From contig CM119265.1 of NCBI GenBank assembly GCA_051294375.1, positions 18,834,631 to 18,898,630 of the forward strand: 64,000 bases of DNA. Reading direction: 5' to 3'. A model generated the notes under the pieces. It was not told where the DNA came from and did no database searches. It saw nothing but the letters and a program-made list of their open reading frames with translations. The translations under genes were made by a program, and so were the position numbers. This document shows, piece by piece, positions 35,107-49,061 of the stretch. How positions within the stretch are numbered: the stretch's first letter is position 1; the number at the start of each line of letters is the position of its first letter. Source of the DNA: Paraspadella gotoi (taxonomy: Eukaryota > Animalia > Chaetognatha).

Positions 35107-36665
35107 GTTAGAGGAAAACAGTTTAAATTATAAAATTCAATATAGACAATCCTAAAATTAAATTGAAAGATAAAAATTCAAGTTAAAGACAAATACACTG
35201 CGACGCAAAAAAAATAGTATGCCACTAGTTCGTTTTAAAGATACAAGACTATTTTCTTTTTAATTTTAAAAAAGAATCAATGAAAAGTTTAATAGCTCTT
35301 TTTAAGAGTCGTATCGTCTGGGTGCAAGAAGAAAATTTGAATTGGTTCAGGCGTAGAAATACAATAAAAGTCTGTTAATCGGAATCTCAAACGGGATTGT
35401 GGAAAAATTATTTCCAATGGTTGAATTGAATCTCTCTCTTACTTTTTTACTAGATTAAAACGAAAATTGTAAAAATGTAAACTTTGTCCCTCTCGTCATC
35501 CTCATGTTAATTTCCCAGAAAATAAAGAGTAAATCCGCCCCAAAAATGTGGTTTCTCTTTAATGATATTTTGTGTATTAGTTTATGTGTTTTTCGTAGGT
35601 TCCTTTTACTTGTAAAATTCACATATGTTTCTTTGTTTGTCTTTGGCTTATTATTTTTGACTAATTCTGTCATTATTTCTTTGTAACGATGTTTATTTCT
35701 TTTCTTTTTTTCTATCTCTTCATTTCTTTTTACAAAGATATAGAAATAAAAACAAAGCTTATTGAAAGTCGAAGCGATTGGTCCTATTAAAATCTTAGCA
35801 AAGCGTTCGAAGTTATAGGAGTCTCAAAAGAGTTGAATGGTACAAGAAGAATTAAATTTAGTCAAGAAAAAGTTATAACTTTTCCCTTTTACCAAAAATA
35901 TTAATAATATTAAATTGGGATGAAAAAATTCAGCATCAATATCTGTAGGATATGGTTATTAACAATTATTTTAACGCTAAATCAAATTAAAATAAATAGG
36001 GAAAACTATATTGAAAACAATTTTTTAAATAAAAAATAAGTTGAAATGATAAAATTAAATGTTATTTTTCAAAAGCTTTTTTTCACATCTAAGTTTTTTA
36101 TGGCATCTAATGTTAAAGCAATCTCATGTTAACTCTGAACAATTATATTAGAACTAAAATCTTTTTATTTTTTTCATAAAATTATTTTTTTTAGTATTTA
36201 TTATTAAAATGCTATATTTTGGCTATAAATTAAAAAAATATTTTTATAGAAAAGTATAAAGCAATTTTAATTTGCCAACGCCTTTTATAGTGTTTAACTC
36301 CATTATGGTTTTTTCATCTATATTATAAAAGAAAGAAGTGTCATCATTCTAACCTTTGCAAATAATTTTTTCCCAATTCCGTTTTTGAAGATTCAGACTT
36401 TAAAGACTTGTTATGTATATTCTACTGCCTGAACCAATTCAAATTTTTCTTGCACCAAAATCGATAGCTTCTTTAAAAGAGCTATACTTTTCATGATATT
36501 TTTTTAAAATAAAAAAAGGAAATAGTGTTGTATTTAAAACTAACTAGTGGCTACTTTTTTTGCGTCGCTTGTGTATTGTCTTTTAAAACTTGAATTTTTA
36601 TCTTCAATTTAATTTTAGGGATTGTTCCTATATTGAATTTTAATTTAAACTGTTTTTCCTCTAAC

Positions 36666-37523
36666 CCATCGTCGATCGAAATAGATTTTTCCTCTCGTCC
36701 ATTTTAATCTTCACTCGGCGACTTCCGCCCTCAACTCTCCCGCCAGCGAATTCAGTTGCGCCTTCGTCCTCCTCCGTCGTCGTCGCCGACTGGCGTCCGC
36801 GTCTCCTTCGGTCGAGGCCAAGTTCGCTGCAAATTTCATTCGCCACAGCCTCGCCGCAGCTGGTTTGGCGTTGGCGCTGGCTGCCGACTAAAGCCTCCAA
36901 ACTAGTCGTCGGCGCGACTCCACTTGCTTCGTCGTTGAAAGTCGCAAACTGCGCCGTCGTTGAAGACTCAGCGACTTGAGGACGGAGGAGGAGCGAAGTT
37001 TTGATTGAAGGAATCGAATCGCGATTCTGTGGCGAAGAAACAAGACAGTCTACATTAAAAAAATAACTAAAAAGGTAAAATGAATCTTTAAATTAGCCGA
37101 TTTCTCGTATCGCCAGCTTCATCTGCCGTATCGTCTTCTTTCAATATGTTTTAGTTTGTTTTCCAACGAGCTTTAATCTTTGAATCAAATATACAACGGT
37201 TCGGTCAAGCCGTATTGTGTCTGTGAAAAAAAAATGTGAATAGATTCGAGTTAGTGAAAGGAAACAATTTTATATCATATTTGATTATCAAGTTCTTTTC
37301 TTCTTTTCTTCAACACTGACCGCTGGGGAGTTATCTCTCGTCCTTTTCGTTTAACGCCTAGTCGCTTACTTCGGTGATGTCAGTCTCGTTAGGACGAATA
37401 ATCGCGATCACTCAGTCTGCTCTCACTGATTCTTTGGAAGTAGTGGCTGAGCTGAGATCATAACAGTCACTTCATGAGGCAAAACAAATATCCAATGAGG
37501 TGAAAGCTGTGACCAATGTCATT
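36666..37523 (-). pseudogene. Frameshifted direct copy of the 5' exons of the coiled-coil/lectin gene
   Basis: Matches ~29000-29835 with many indels; may be read error. Confidence 0.45.
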
Positions 37524-40500
37524 GTGGACAATAAGGCGTAGTGAAAGTTACATACGAAAAATTCTAAAGTTAATTATGAACAACATACCATAGTGAACAT
37601 TAATTTGTAAAAAAAAATTAATTTTTATGTTTTTAATTTTCGCAGTAGGCTATATTTAATATATAGTACTATCCTTAATAAAAATCGAAAAAATTTTCAA
37701 AATAGCTTTTGCTTTATTTGATGCAGATTTGAATTCTTCGTCAAAAGTTGATAAAAGAAAATATAAATAATTTTTAAAAATTTTTTTCATTAAATGGGTT
37801 AAAAATTAAAAAAACTATATTAAATCATATAAAAAAGTTAATTTCTAGCTTATTAATATAGCTTTTTTTCTAATTTTTGACAGGCAAACTTAATGAAGGA
37901 ATTTTTTTTTTCAAAAAGAGCTATTTTTTCTTTTATCAACATTTTATGACGAATCCAAATCTGCAAAAAATCTTAGAAAAAACTGTTTTGAAATTTTAAA
38001 ACATTTATCGGTTCAGTTCTAGTAATAAAATATTATATAAAAATTTATTAAAAAAATTTTTATTACATATATTCATTTAGTATATATTGTTTTCTTCCTT
38101 CACTTTTAGAATTTTAATTAAGTTAAATTTTAGAAATTTTAACTACGCCTTAGTGGACAACATTGACGCTCACTTCTGCGGGTAAAAGATTGTGTCGCTT
38201 CCTGAACCGAACCTAAGTGACTGCGGCGGCGACAAACGCCGAGGACAACTATGGCCCACCGCAACTACTGCGAAGATAAAGCTTGCCCCGTTTGCGGCCC
38301 TAGTTGGGGAATACGAGAATAGGGTACTTTACTAACAAACACAATATAAAAGGTTTGTAATCAAACTCTCCCAAACCGAATTCATTTATCCAGTCCTTCA
38401 CATAGGGACGAGACGGGATCTACGGAGCTGCGCAGGGCTGTCTTCTCTGCAGACATCAATGGTGGTTCGGTCGATTGAGGAAAAGTTCTCCCGACGCGTC
38501 GAGTTTTGGCCGGTCGAGGTTCAAAGCATCTCGTAATGGATGGTTTGTGAAGGACATGGAGTCGCCATCCATCCTCAGCGTCCGGTGTCAGTGACGGTGT
38601 AAGATTTATTAGGTAGAGCTTCCTTTGGAGGAATATAAAATTCTTAAAATTTTTTAGCAAAAGTAAACTATTAGTATAAAATCTTTAAAAAAAACCTCTA
38701 TCCTAAATTTAGAAAATATTTTTAATCTTGTTTTTAAATCGCAGCTATAAAAATAATAATATAATTAAATAAAAATTTTTAAAAAATGAAAAAATAGTTA
38801 TCAAACTATTTCTTTTTGTCCGTAATCTTTAAGCTACTATGACACATTTGATAAACAAATTGTAAAATACGTACTAGGCTCACAGAAATTTTAACTTGGG
38901 TTACACGTAAATTCGGCAAAAAATAGAAATTTGACGTCGACTTTGTTGAAATTTATTTAGGCTGAAATTTATTCAGAGTGTGAAAAAGTGAGAAAAAATT
39001 TGAAGGAAAATGCATAAATGTCCGGACTGGGGTTTAGATGTTTCAATTGTAAACGCTCAGAAACGTTGAAAAAGAAAATAGAGTTTCAAAGTTTAACCGA
39101 CACATCGAAAAAATGAATATATGAAAATTGGCAAATTAATTGTTTCACTATATATTTGGACAGAGGTATTTGTAACTCATATTTAATTTAATCAAGGAGG
39201 CGATTGTTCTGGTCTCTGAATACAAGAATTAGCTAGAATACTAGATTCAATAGAACGAGTAGTTTTTTAAACTGAGAATTAAAAGCGAAAATTGTAAAAA
39301 TGTAAACTTTGTCCCCGTCAATCCTCATAGTTAATTTGCCAGAAAATAAAGAGTAAATCCGGCCCCAAAAATGTGGTTTTCTTTAATGATATTTTGTGTA
39401 TAGTTTATGTGTTTTTCGTAGGTTCCTTTTACTTGTAAAATTCAAAATGTTTTCTTTGTTTGTCCTTTGGCTTATATTTTTTGACTAATTCTGTCGCATT
39501 ATTTCTTTGTACGATGTTATTTCTTTTTTCTTTTTCCTATCGTCTTCATTTCTAATTTTTTATTTCTTATTTTTTCATTCTTTTGTCTTTTCTAACCCTT
39601 TTTTCCTAATACTGTAATTCTTACATTTTCCCTCATTTCAGTTTTCACCTTTCCAAAGAATTGACCTCATTCTCCTCATTCTTCCCGCTTTCGCCTAATG
39701 GTAGTTTTTTGGAGAGGTTTTATTGGTGTGAGATCATCTTTGTTTGGCGTTTTATTATGTAGTCGTCGTCGCGTCGATCCGATCGCGCGCGTGCGCACGA
39801 TGTCGTACTCGTCGTTGTCGTTGTCGTCGGCGGCTCCCCTTTGATCTCTTTTTGCGGGTGGGGTAAAGGAAGACCAAGACATCGAGGACCACGAACTCAG
39901 TTAAGAAGTAAGGGTAATTCAAGCGGGCGCGCGCACGCTCGCGTGTAAAAAGAGGGCGGGGGCGACGGAAACGCCGACCTCCCATTCCAGTTCGCACTGG
40001 TCATCTTGCTTGTCCCCTAAGGCATCTCTCTCTCCCTCTCTCTCTCTTCTCTGTCTCTCTCTCTCTCGTCTCTCTCCTCTCTCTCTCATCTCTCTTTCTC
40101 TATCTCGTCTCTCTCTCTCTCTCTCTTCTCCAAGATACTATGATTAAACGAGAAAACGACAAACATGAATGACGACGATGATGATTTTATCCAGGAAAGA
40201 CATCAAGGACATACGGACCTAAAAAGTTCACAATACTCCGATGCTGTCAGGTACCAATTCATATGACATGTGACTTTCATTTTTTTTGGGGGGGGGCTGA
40301 TTTATATTGCAGCATTCATCATTGCCTTCTTTTAAAAACCTCCTATCTTGTCACGAATCAAAAAAAAAAACCGAATTTTATATTTTTCTCTCTTTTCCGA
40401 AATGTTAATCTTAAATGTTTCTCTCTCGAGCGAATTTAAAGACGAGTACGTGAACATTTTGAAAAGGAGTCCAGCCCACCCTGCCCTAAAAAAATGGCAG

Positions 40501-41109
40501 CCGCCTACGGAAGGAAACTTTCTCCCCCCACCCCGCAGTCCCCTTTAAAAAGGAGAAATAAATAAAAAAACAAAGGAAAAGAAATTCGATTCGGAAGAGA
40601 AAGAACAAAAAAGAAGAAATCGATGNNNNNNNNNNNNNNNNNNNNNNNNNAACAAAAGGGAATCGTCGTCGTCGTCGTCCACTTTTAGAAATGCAGAGAA
40701 AAAATCGGAACCACTCATTCGTGTCAGGGATGAAAGGAGCGAGAGAGCGAGAGAGCGAATCTATGGTGAATGAGCCGAATGAAAGTATCCATGTCTCGAG
40801 TGAATGGGAGGCGGCCGTGAAACCCAGATTTTCTTCGTTTCTTTTCTTGGACGATTTTTAAAAAAAAGTGAAAAGAGGAAATTGGTTGGAATTTCTTAAA
40901 AAAGGGAATTACGACAATTGTCGTAGCTCACGCCGAGGGTGTTTTGGGTGGGAGAAAAAAAATGGCGTATCGTTTATTTCTGAATGACTCATCTTTACTT
41001 AACGATTAACATCATTACGTTAGGACAGAAACTCGTTTTAAATTAACAAACCTTTAAAAAAAAAATTGACTTTTTTTTCATCTCTTGTATTCTCTATTAC
41101 ATAAGAGGG

Positions 41110-41268
41110 AGAGTCTTGATTGAAAGCTTGCAGAAACCTGCTATGTTATTATCTTGTAAGTGTGATGGAGGCCTTTAAAAACCACCAAAGCCTGTCCAAA
41201 GTCAGGGACAAGATAGCTTATTTATTAAATGAATGGATAATTTTTATATTGGTTGTACCAATTTCATA
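41110..41268 (-). repeat. Dispersed ~160-bp repeat, copy 2
   Basis: Reverse complement of 4442-4598 with few differences. Confidence 0.8.
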
Positions 41269-44200
41269 AATTAGATCCCCGACTAAATTGGATTAATTTT
41301 GTTTTCTCGCATTAAAAATCCGCCGATCGCGATCCCGATTCAAAACTCATTCATAACAAATTTCAAGAGAGGATTTCGTCCGCTACAAAAACTTCGCCTC
41401 CCGAAATCCCGAAATCCGATTTCCGTGACTTCGAGACAATTCAACGTGCTTTATGTTTGTATTGTTTTGATTTGGAATAAAAACTTTTTAACAAAGATTT
41501 AAATTCCTGAATTATATAATATTATTATTACCAATATCGATATATCTATGGAAATAGTAATTAATTAGCACCCTTGGTAACCGCTACAATCAATATTTTA
41601 TTCAAAACCTGAGCTCGTGAAAAAAGAATTCGTTCTACTTAGCCGTATAAATTTTATGTCTCAAAGTTAAACCCCCTTCAAAGCGACCTTTTAACTTTTA
41701 AGCGGATCTTTCGCGTCGTGGTACATCCGTCGTTAAAGCTTATCGACGCCGAGTTTTAAAGCGTTTTCTTCGCAAATCAATCAATTAATTTATGAATCAA
41801 TCGGTCAATCAATCAATTTTTAAATCTCCCTGCTTGTTCCGCTTTGTCATCAACGCTCACGATACAGAAACGTCACTCTCACCTTGGTCACCCGAGAAGC
41901 CACTCCGCCCAGGTAAACCTACTAATCAGTAATCACTCACAAGCCCTGCCCTTAATTATATCGCTCAACTTTAACGCCTCATTCTATAAATTAGCCTACT
42001 TTGCGACGATTCATCATTTTTACACTTCCTTTCCACCTTCTGCCCCCCCTCTCCCCTTCCTCGCCTCCTTTCTTTCTTTCCATGCTTCATCCTTTCTTTT
42101 TTTTTCCCTTTTCTTTTATTCCCCTTTCCTCTCTCCTTTCCTTTCCCTTTCCTTTCTCCCAATCCCGACTACCTTTACCTTTAGTCTTATCCATTTCCTC
42201 CTCCCACTTCCCCTTCCCTTTCCCCTTTCCCCCTTCCTCCTCCCCCAAACCCTCCTCCTTCCTCCCAGCTTCGCCACTTCATCAATATCTGTCGAGGATC
42301 GAAACAAAAAAAAAAAAAAAAAAAATTCTCGAATTTCCCTTGAAAATCTTCACCTCAAAGTCTCGTCAGCGAATCGGAAACAATAAAAAAAAACATAAAA
42401 AAGAAAGAAAAAAAAATCATTTAGTTTTCTCGTTTTGTTTCGCCTTTTTAAAAACGAGTGGTTTTTTTTTTCGCTCTCGGGCGATTTTTTTTTTTTAGTT
42501 TCGAACCATCAATCGATACATGGGATTTTTGGGGAGATGACTCTTTTATCTGGTTGGAGAAAAAGTCGGAGCCGAGGCAAAATTGATTTGTAAAACCAAA
42601 AGAGTTCGGTTTTAAAAAAATGATTATCTATTATCCTAACGGATATATTCGCCCGATATGGTTTCGTGAGGGAATATAATAACCAAACTAAAGAAAGCAA
42701 TTCCTGGTACTATCAAATATCTTGGTGTCACCGACTCGACGTGTTGGTCAGCAACATCAAGAGAGAACCTCATCATCGCAATCCACTCCTGGAAGGTCGA
42801 CCTCTTCGCCGACGCCTCTCAGCGAGATCTTTGAAAGTCGAAAAAAAAACGTGGAGGGGGGCACTTCAGGGTTGAAGGTGGTTGGTGGATGAGTTGGAGT
42901 GAGTAGAGTGGTCGAAGGTGGTGGTTGGGGCGGCAGAAAGAAAAGGCAAATCGATTCTTATTGTCCGTCGATGGAGTTATTTTTCTTAAAAGTAAAGTTA
43001 AGGCTTCGGTTTTCGCTGTATGGAACACGTAATCTTTGCAAGTTGTTTTAGTAGATAGTATAATGTCAATCGCCGTAATGTACAAAGTGGAATTACTAAA
43101 TGGGTTTAAAAACTGAGACTTAAGACAATCATTAAAAGTTACTTTAAAATCAAAACCCCTGTTATTATAAACCGAAAAGACAAAAAATTATTATCATCCC
43201 TCTTTTCCACAACACTCAACATAGATGGGAGCGCAACAACTTGTTTTATTTTGGTTTAATCAAAGTCAGTCGCGGCGTTTTAGTCTTTAGAGTTTCGATA
43301 CAGATCGCTTTGGCGGCTCGAAACCTCAATCGAACGAGGGAGAAGATAATTTTCGAAAGGGGAGGTGATCAAAGTCCCTTCGTCGTTGGAGGTGATTTAT
43401 AGCGACGCGGGTGATATTTTATTCGGGCGGCGAAGGAGAAGATATTTTAGTCAAAGCAGGAATCGGGAGATGATGATGACATTTCCCCCCCCCTTCCATA
43501 TCCCCGCCCACACTCCCCTTCCCCCCCCCCCCGACGAAATGACATCTGGAGAACGAAGAGATTGAGGGGTGAAACTGGTTGTGAAGGTGAAGGTTTTGGG
43601 GAGTGCGATGGTCTCAGGGTGAAAGGACGCAGTGACGGGTGAATTTTTCGGATTCGAATTTTTTTATTTTTTTTATTGGGTGACGGTTGACCCTTCGAAT
43701 CGGCGACGGATTCGCTAGGGGCTTCAATCGACAAACGAATTCGGTTGCGTTGCGTTGCGGCGACGACGTGGAGGACGACGACGAAGACGGTCAGCCGATA
43801 AATATTCAACCGGATTTTGTCGCGGCGAATCTCCTTGGCAACGAATCATTCGGCAGCGCCCAGTCGACCGCGAAAGGTTTCCAGGGGGATAACGGAAGTT
43901 TGCCTCTTTCAAATGTCTTTAAACAGCGCTTACAAGAAGTGTGAATTCAACTTTACTTAAAAGAGAAAAAAATAAATTTTTCAATTGACCTTAAACATCG
44001 AAATCCTATATTATAAAGTATTAGATCGGGGATACTTTAATAGTCTATAGTATATGTATTTATATTGTAATATATACAATATAGTCTATATGGTACTCCA
44101 CAGTAGCATAAAAATACTAAACCTGACTGTATATTGTATTATATTTTATACACTATACGAAAAATCAGCCGCTTACGCAANNNNNNNNNNNNNNNNNNNN

Positions 44201-44743
44201 NNNNNNNNNNNNNNNNNNNNNNNNNNNNNNNNNNNNNNNNNNNNNNNNNNNNNNNNNNNNNNNNNNNNNNNNNNNNNNNNNNNNNNNNNNNNNNNNNNNN
44301 NNNNNNNNNNNNNNNNNNNNNNNNNNNNNNNNNNNNNNNNNNNNNNNNNNNNNNNNNNNNNNNNNNNNNNNNNNNNNNNNNNNNNNNNNNNNNNNNNNNN
44401 NNNNNNNNNNNNNNNNNNNNNNNNNNNNNNNNNNNNNNNNNNNNNNNNNNNNNNNNNNNNNNNNNNNNNNNNNNNNNNNNNNNNNNNNNNNNNNNNNNNN
44501 NNNACCGCGCATTGATAATAATAATTTAACCCTTTGCTTCAATGACACAACTCGTAAAGCAGCGTTTATCGATCAAAATTCTCGGTTATCACGCATTTAC
44601 GCTTTTTTTACGAACTCAAGTTTAGCCGTTTTCGATGTTCATTATTTACGCGACAAAATTACTCCAAAGTAATGCGCCCCTCAAGTGGCTCTCAGCTCCG
44701 AGATAAAACACTACTTTGCATTTCCGTTGTTTTATTACCGCGG

Positions 44744-44774
<31 letters not shown>

Positions 44775-46970
44775 AAGTCAAATCGCTTCGTTCCCAAGAA
44801 TCAAGTGTTTCGATGGCGAAGAAGTGGAGTGGTTGTCACACCTCGACGACCGTGTCGACGACGACGACGACGAAATTTCGAGCGGATCGTGAAACTAGTG
44901 ACCCGAAAGGTAAGAGAAAGAACCAGTGTCCAGTGTCCACTCGAGAAACGCCAGAGAAATGTGTCTCGAGAAATGTCACGGGCCGCTCTTCCACTCGGCG
45001 GCGATCGGGATCGACATTCCGCGAATTTACGGCGAATCTCCATTACCATAAACGATCGGTGCGTGTCGCCGAGCTTCGTAGCCGAGGGTCCCGGTCCTTG
45101 GCCGGAGGTCCCAGGGTCCGGTTCGAGTTCCAGGCCTCTCAATCCGACTCGTTTCTTTCCTCGTTTGGTTTTTCATTTATGAGTCATGAGTTTCATTGTG
45201 CGGTCTCGCTTGTTGGTCGTATAAATCAAGTATGGTTCAATGAGTTTATATTAATTATAATAAGCAAGGTTAGTAAATATTTTGTCCCTTTTTTCGCTCT
45301 TAAGATCTACTTTCTTTTCCTTACCCGTTTCCACACCCAATTGAAAAAGCCAATAACGAGGAAACGAGAATAACGAGAATAAACAATAAACATAAAGTCA
45401 AAAACCACTGTGAGCCACAAAATCCACAGTGACCTTCTCATTCATTCATCTCTTATCTCGTCTCGTTTTTGTGTCAAAACAATTTTAACGTCGTCGACGT
45501 CGTAATTTCAACGTAATCGTCGTCGTTATCGTCGTCGTCGTCTGCATCCACACGATGACAGTCCGGAGCCGTCGATGGGCCCGCCGACCCGTTGCGTGGA
45601 CTGTCAGCCAACAGTCGGCAATCAAAAGTGAAGTTTGACAAAAACGCGGAGGCCGATTTCGACTTCCGGAATTTCGCGTGGAATTCGAGACAAGTCTCCG
45701 TTTTAGTTATGAGAAAAAATAAGGCTATTGGCTACGTTAGTTAACTAAAAATCCCAGTGTAAAAAAAGAATGAGAAAAAAAGTAACAAAAACAATTGATA
45801 GTTGAAGTATTCACTATTAAGTATTCAACGTGAAAACAGTTGAAATCAACTTGACTATCCTCAGAACGGCCATTAGTAGTGTGTACTTGGTGACATGATT
45901 AAATACCTTCATCATGTCATAATATCACAGCATTATATCGAAACTATGCATGTGAGATTTTTACCGGTAATGTGATGAAAAAAAAGATCGTTATCAGATA
46001 GTTAACCGTAAAAAAAAGCAAAAGCGGTCGTTGAAGTGACGGAATCATTCGCGTGGCCTTTGCGACTGGGTTTCGACGTGTGGCGGCGACCGCGTCGCCA
46101 ATTTGCGAAGATCCACGTCAATCAAAGTCGTTCAACTCGACCCACTGACCTCGGAGAGAGCAAGTTCGCTGCAGCTGCCGCCTCAGCCGCCGCCTCAGCC
46201 GCCACCACCCCGCGCGCGCCCGTGTCCACCACGGGTCAGTCGTACGCCCACATTAAATGCATGGACGAATGAGACGATGAAATAAAAAAAAAAAAATCAA
46301 CAACGACAACAACAATAATTATCGAGGATCGAGCTTACGTCTCTCTCATTAATCCCGACATACGTCCATCCGTCCGTCCGTCCGTCCGTCCAACTTCCGC
46401 TCGAACTTTTAAACTCGAAAATTTTCCCCATCGATTTTTGAGATTCGTCAAGATTTCACCGAAAATTTCCCAACCGTGACCGAGTTTTGAAATGGCTCAT
46501 TGGTAGAGCGAAGGGGACGACGAAGACAACAACAACAACAACAACGATGATGGCCAACGGCCATTGTGGCTGCATCATCCGAAAATATTTAGAGTTGGGT
46601 TTTTACGGTTATGATACCGAAATTTGTCACCGTAAGCAAATGCTAATCGGTAATCATTCAAGAAAAGGTTGTTATTTTATGTCTATATACATAAAAACCT
46701 TAAGAATATCTATAATTACAACAGGAAATTCAGCTTTGTAAAGGTCCTGATTGCAAACGACTTCACAAAGATATCGTCGGCTTTAAATTGGAGTTTTGAA
46801 TATAAAAGCTGCGACGATTAACTTAACAATCGGATAAAACGTTGCATCGATCGAATATAATCCAAAAATCGAAAACAGAAGAGAATCGTTTGCCTTTTGT
46901 TTCGATTATCTTCTTTGTTTTTATTTTGTAATTCGAAGATTTGTTTATATCTGGAGACTGACGACCGTGG

Positions 46971-47014
<44 letters not shown>

Positions 47015-47366
47015 ATGATTTTTAGGAGCATTTGCCAGTTTTTATTCGTTTGTATCGGGTTCCCTATTGACTTCGGCTTCTCTTTTTTTGGTTTCTCGTT
47101 TTGTTCTCCTCTTTACTTACTTTTCGTAAATCGACAGTTTCGAGTTGTACACCTTCAATTCACCAGCAAACATGCCGGAGATGCGCCGGCGAATTAAGAT
47201 CAATTTGGCGGCGAATTATCCACGGATTTCTCGTCCATCATTCGCGGAATTCTTCACGTGATACACAATTTGATTTTCCGGACTTTTATCTCTCATCATC
47301 GAATTAAAAAAAAGCCTCCGCCCAAAATTTCAATTAACTTTTTGCTTTATTTTTCTTGTGTCTCTC

Positions 47367-47430
<64 letters not shown>

Positions 47431-48656
47431 ACTCACACACACCCTCTCAATCCCAACTCTCGTGAGATAAATCACGTTCTCACATGAATCTTAACGTGAA
47501 TAGAGTTTTGGAAAAGTTTCGTCATAAATCAGACTGTCATTTGCATCCGTTAAAAAAAAGTAAACATTTAGTTTCGCAATTTATAAAAACGCTATCGATA
47601 ATCGTTGATATTTCACGTTGTCTCCTAAGGCTATTACCATCCAGGAGAAAGAATAAGTATTTTTCATCAGGTATCAAATTTATCTTTAAACAGAAAAAAA
47701 TGTTCCCGAACGAAACAAATGTTAAAATTGAGATAGCTCATCATTCTAGTTCAAAGATTTTCCAACCCATCTATGTCGCGGAAAACGCTATCTGTGTCGC
47801 GGCCAGCGTCATCTCTGTCGCAACCAACGCCATCTCTGTCTTCCGACTTGAGAGATGGAGCTTAGGCCTTCGATGTTAGGTCATCGTTCATACAATTTTT
47901 TTTCAATCGGGTCCCCGATGCAAGGATAAAGGTTTTCCTCGACTCGAGACATTGCTACTAAATCCTCATTCCTCGTGATTCACTGAATTGTCATATTTAG
48001 TTTTATTACTATTAGATAGTATTAGATAGAATTAGATAGTACAAATTAATATATAAAGGATTTCTCCTTGTAAGAGTTTTTAAGTTTACCTTTTCGGCAT
48101 TTACTACTATTTTCCCTCATTCTTCTCTTCTATTTTTTTTNNNNNNNNNNNNNNNNNNNNNNNNNNNNNNNNNNNNNNNNNNNNNNNNNNNNNNNNNNNN
48201 NNNNNNNNNNNNNNNNNNNNNNNNNNNNNNNNNNNNNNNNNNNNNNNNNNNNNNNNNNNNNNNNNNNNNNNNNNNNNNNNNNNNNNNNTTTTTATTCTCT
48301 TCCCTGCAACGAACAACCGATAACCCGGGAGCCGTTTTGCAACCTGCAACAGATCTGTCGAACAACCAAGTAAACCGGCGTCTCTGTCGTCGTCGTCGTC
48401 GTCGTCGTCGTCGNNNNNNNNNNNNNNNNNNNNNNNNNNNNNNNNNNNNNNNNNNNNNNNNNNNNNNNNNNNNNNNNNNNNNNNNNNNNNNNNNNNNNNN
48501 NNNNNNNNNNNNNNNNNNNNNNNNNNNNNNNNNNNNNNNNNNNNNNNNNNNNNNNNNNNNNNNNNNNNNNNNNNNNNNNNNNNNNNNNNNNNNNNNNNNN
48601 NNNNNNNNNNNNNNNNNNNNNNNNNNNNNNNNNNNNNNNNNNNNNNNNNNNNNNNN

Positions 48657-48692
<36 letters not shown>

Positions 48693-49025
48693 TCAAATCA
48701 CCGAGAGCGGTTAACCTAATGTCGAGTCTTAAAATTTAACCAATCGTAAAGAATTGGATAGTTACGTTTTTATTAAAATATTCGTGATGAAAGGGAGCCG
48801 ATATCTAATGATTTAAACTTTTCCATAAAAGATTTTTAAAAATTAAAACTTCAGTATGCCTGTCAATTATTTTCCATTCAAAAGATTTTATTACTGATTC
48901 CAAGCATCGGTTTGCAATGCAATCAACTAATTCCGAAAGTTTTATCTAATTGTTTTTAAATACAGAACTAGTATACGTACATACTGATCTTTTTTATTTA
49001 TTTCTAAAATGTTATTTACTCCAGT

Positions 49026-49061
<36 letters not shown>

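Larger units (their letters stand above)
28095..39850. repeat. Cluster of direct and inverted, indel-rich copies of a ~4.1-kb unit (probable assembly or amplification artefact)
   Basis: Approximate map: 28095-30040 = 35730-37700 (direct); 30040-31080 = rc of 38780-39850; 31600-32600 = rc of 37710-38760; 32625-35420 = rc of 36350-39260; 35440-35730 = 39270-39560. Differences are mostly 1-bp indels. Confidence 0.85.

Noticed and set aside
41844-42498. Long Phe/Leu/Ser/Pro-rich ORFs
   Set aside because: Polypyrimidine low-complexity tract with no splice or domain support.
44672-46285. ORFs of 233, 165 and 78 aa
   Set aside because: Driven by (GAC)n repeats and GC content; no domain and no consistent splice sites.
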